From positions 297,040-361,039 of the forward strand of contig NW_026867442.1 in assembly GCF_020745735.1 (NCBI RefSeq): a stretch of DNA of 64,000 nt. Direction: 5' to 3'. The position numbers and the translations under genes are program-made. Source of the stretch: Hemiscyllium ocellatum (lineage: Eukaryota). Each line of letters opens with the position of its first letter. Positions within the stretch are counted from its first letter, which is position 1. The notes below the pieces were generated by a model that saw nothing but the letters and a program-made list of their open reading frames with translations, ran no database searches and had not been told where the DNA came from. This document shows, one piece after another, positions 60,401-64,000 of the stretch.

Positions 60401-62480
60401 TAAAACTCCTGCAATCTTCTTTTATATTACTGGCTAGATAACTCCCACATTTCACATTCTCCACCCTTAATGCTTTTTCAGTTATCCCCTGCAGGTTTTT
60501 AAAGGCTTCCTAATCCTCGGGCTTCCCACTATTCTCCACCACATTGAGTTACCTTTACTCAACTGAAATACTGTTCAATCTGATTGCAGCTTCTCCCTCT
60601 CAAACTACAGGGGGAATTCTATCGTATTATGGTCACTTATCCACAGGGATACTTTCACCTTAAACTCACTAATCAAGTTTGCCTCAATACACATCACTGA
60701 ATCCAGACCTGCCAGTTCCATAATGGCTCAACCACAAGCTGCTCCAAAATCATCGACATTCCATGAAATCCTTTCCTTGAGATACACTACCCAGCCCACC
60801 TATCCATTGAAGTCTGCCCTGACATTTTCTGTCTCCTAATTGATTTCCTTCCCCACACCCTGGTCACTGCTTGGAGACCTGGACATAACTTGCATCAGAT
60901 TCTTTATTTATTGCAGTTCCTCAGCTCTACCCACACAGATTCTACACCTTCTAACTCTACATCACTTCTTGCTATTGATTTAATTTCATTTCTCACTAAC
61001 AAGGCAACTCTTCCCCCTCTGCCCATCTGCCCGTCCTTTTGATAGGACATGCATCCTTGAATATTTAGTTCCCAGCCCGAATTCCCTTTCAGCCATGTCC
61101 CTGTGATACCCACAACATCGTACCTGCCAGTTTCAATCTGCACTACCAGCCCATTGTGTATATTGTGTGCATTTAAGTACAACACCCTCAGTCCTGCATT
61201 GATTGCCCTCCTTCCCATCATTGTCCCCTTATCTGCTGTGCTTTATGTTCGATTCCTGATCCTTTCTGTACTCTCTGTCCTTTTACATCTTCTAGAAACT
61301 TGAATAACCTTTCCTGAGCCCTCCTCAACTTTAACTAGTTTAAATTCCTTGGAAACTCAATTTACCTGGATTTGTGACATCACTTTGTCAACCTTACTCA
61401 GAATGCTTTGTGCATTTAGATACAAACTCTTTAAGTTTGTTCTATTGTTGATTTTCCCTGCACTTTTATGATCCCTTTGATATTCAAAAATTCCATCCCT
61501 TTCTTTTATTTTCTGGTAACAATCAATCCCATCACTAACCAGCAATCCTACCTTCTCCTTTACCTTCCATTTTCTCATTTTACATCCAACTGAACCAAAT
61601 TACTTTCTCTTTGGGTTGAGTTCAGGCCAATATTTATCGTTGAGCCAACATCATTATTGGTCTTTGATCTCATTGCTTCTAGTGGGATCTTGCTGTGCAG
61701 AAACTGGCTGCCACGTTACTGACATTGCAACAGTGACTGCTTGTCAAACAAAACTGTCTGTAAATGTCTTTGGGAGAGCCTGAAGTGTTAAGGGCTGGAT
61801 TGAAATACAATTAGAGTCAGAGAGATGGACAGCACAGAATCAGACCCTTTGGTCCAACTCGTCCATGCTGACCAGATATCCGAAATTAATCTAGTCCCAC
61901 TTGCCAGCATTTGGCCCATATCCCTCTAACATCTTTCTATTTACATACCCATGCCTTTTAAATGTTGTAATTGTCCCAGCCTTCACCACCTCCTCTGGCA
62001 GCTCATTCCATACATTTAACTCCCTCTGATTGAAAACGTCCCTTAGGTCCCTTTTAAATCTTTCCCCTGTCACCTTCAGCCTATGCCCTCCAGTTCTGGA
62101 CTCCCCAACTCTGGAGAAAAAATCTTCTCTATTCACCTTATCTATGCCGCTCATGATTTTATAAACCTCTATACGGTCACCCATCAACCTGCAATGATCC
62201 AGGAAAAACAGCCTCAGCCTATTCAGCCTCTCCTTTTCATGCAAACCCTCCAACCTTGGCAACATCCTTGTAAATCATTTTAAGATTCGCAACATTTTTC
62301 CTACAGCAAGGTGAACTGAATTGCACACAGTATTCCAAAAGTGCCCTAACCAATGTCCTGTACAGCCGCAACAGCTCCCAACTCCAATACCTAATGCACT
62401 GACAAATAAAGGAAAGCAAACCAAATAACTTTGTCACTTCCCTATGTACCTGCAACTTCATCTTCAAGGAACTATTCTTC
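57420..62480 (-). mobile_element. CR1 ORF1/ORF2 fragments mirroring left-arm 8745-13490
   Basis: Same peptides as the left arm in reverse orientation (LRVLYLNAHNIHN, KEEVLGKLKGLNMDNAPRLDELHP, ERLNRLRLFFLDH). Confidence 0.85.
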
Positions 62481-64000
62481 ATTTTTTGGAATAACTGAGA
62501 GTCTTTCAGTTGTGAAAGATGCCATTCCATGGCACTATTGGATGAAGAGCAGGCAGTTCCCCCTGGTGTCCCTGGTCAATATTTATCCCCCAGTCAAAAT
62601 CACTCAGAATGTATTTCTCTGCTAATTATCACATGGTGTTTGGGATCTCGCTGTGCACAGTCTGCTGGAAAGATCCAGTGGGACACCCTGAGTTGGGGAC
62701 AGGTGCTACACAAGTGCAAGTCTTTCTTGAAGGTTGGAGTCTCCTGATCAGGATCCTCATCCATTGTCTGCGCACTCTCACCTTCCAGGAGTCATGGGGT
62801 CATTAGGAGCAGTGACCCTGTCTGACCCTAGGACACTGAGACTCTTTGCAGCCTCACCCTTGACCTCAGCCCAATAGTGTGCAGCAAGGTTTGAAATATA
62901 ATCTAGAATCTTCTACACAGACACCCCAACGTGATTCTTTCCTGACGTGTGTGGATCCGAGTCTTCTCCAATGTTCTTGGATAAAGTTCTCCTGATCTGT
63001 GGGTAATCGGAGGTTTGTTAAAGAGATACCACGCTCCATCCCACTTTCCAGCTCTTGCTCCATAGCTCTGGAAGTTTTGCTGTTTCAAGTGAACATCTAA
63101 GTGTTTTTTCAATGTGATGAGGGTTTCTGCCTCTCCCACCCTTTCAGACAGTGAGTCCCACATCCCACCAAGCTCTGGGTGAAAACAAAGACCCTCAACC
63201 CCCCTCTAATCCTGCCCCAACTGATTTCAATCTCTCCCCATGGTTATTGCCCTCTGTGCTGGTGGAAATCAGTCCTTCCTACCCACTCTGTCCAGGCCCC
63301 TCATCATTTTACACACCACCATCAAATCTCCCCTCAGCCTCCTGTGTTCCAAAGAAAACAGTCCCAGCCAATCCAATCATTCCGCAAAGCTCAAAGTCCC
63401 CATTCCAGACAAACTCCTCCTCTGTCCCCATCTCTAATGGAATCACATCCTTCCTGTATGTGGTGACCAGAACCGTACACAGTTCTCTCACTGTGCTCTA
63501 ACTGGGGTTTTATACAGTTCCAGAATAAACAAACACCTTGCTTTCACAGTCAACCAAAAATGAGATAAGGGAGGTGATGGTCTAATGGTGTTATTGCTGA
63601 GCTGTTAATCCAGAGATCCAGGTAATGTTCTGGGGACCAGGGTTAGAATCCAGCAGATGGTGGCATTCAAATTCAATCCAAACAAAATCTGCAATTAAGA
63701 GTCTAATGATGACCATGAAACCATCGTTGATTGTCAGGAAAAGCATCTGATTCCCTTATGTCCTTTAGGGAAGGAAACTGCCATCCTTACCATGTGACCC
63801 CAGACCCACAGCAATGTGGGTGACTCTAAACTGCCCTTTGGGTGATTAGGGATGGGCAATAAATGCTGCCGATCCAGCAATGCCCTCATTCCATCAAGGG
63901 AAAAAGAAAAACAGTTTCTCCCATGTGTCTTCTGAACCACCTCACTGACCTGCATTAATCACCATGGCCACATCTTCCACCTCCACACACATCTGACTTC

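Larger units (their letters stand above)
46490..63870. repeat. Right arm of the large inverted duplication
   Basis: See left arm; homology is lost after ~63870. Confidence 0.92.

Noticed and set aside
8745-63530. Numerous 60-170 aa ORFs as host genes
   Set aside because: They translate to CR1 APE/RT/esterase fragments or their antisense frames, with stops and frameshifts.

Overview
Repeat-rich vertebrate DNA from a shark (HE1-type SINEs, CR1 LINEs and the Ig sequences point to an elasmobranch; the species cannot be fixed from sequence alone). The core is an immunoglobulin kappa-type (type III/NS4-like) light-chain locus made of two V-J-(C) mini-clusters arranged head-to-head as a large inverted duplication. 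The arms are about 8.3-24.5 kb and 46.5-63.9 kb, with a ~22 kb spacer of retroelements between them. Right cluster (+): intact promoter, leader, V, 12-RSS, 23-RSS and J; its C exon is not inside the window. Left cluster (-): pseudo-V (2 stops, 12-nt deletion, broken heptamer), a J with an intact 23-RSS but a GC donor, and a C exon carrying a 1-nt frameshift as assembled. An orphan inverted copy of the C 3' UTR lies near 2 kb. The rest is decayed CR1 LINEs, tRNA-derived SINEs, a Gmr1-like Gypsy remnant, and Penelope-like elements. The Penelope-derived tails carry three co-varying families of minimal hammerhead-ribozyme motifs, several of them inserted in only one arm with 11-14 bp target duplications. 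Ig, RSS and ribozyme coordinates were read base by base. Transposon boundaries are approximate. Difference counts are manual alignments.
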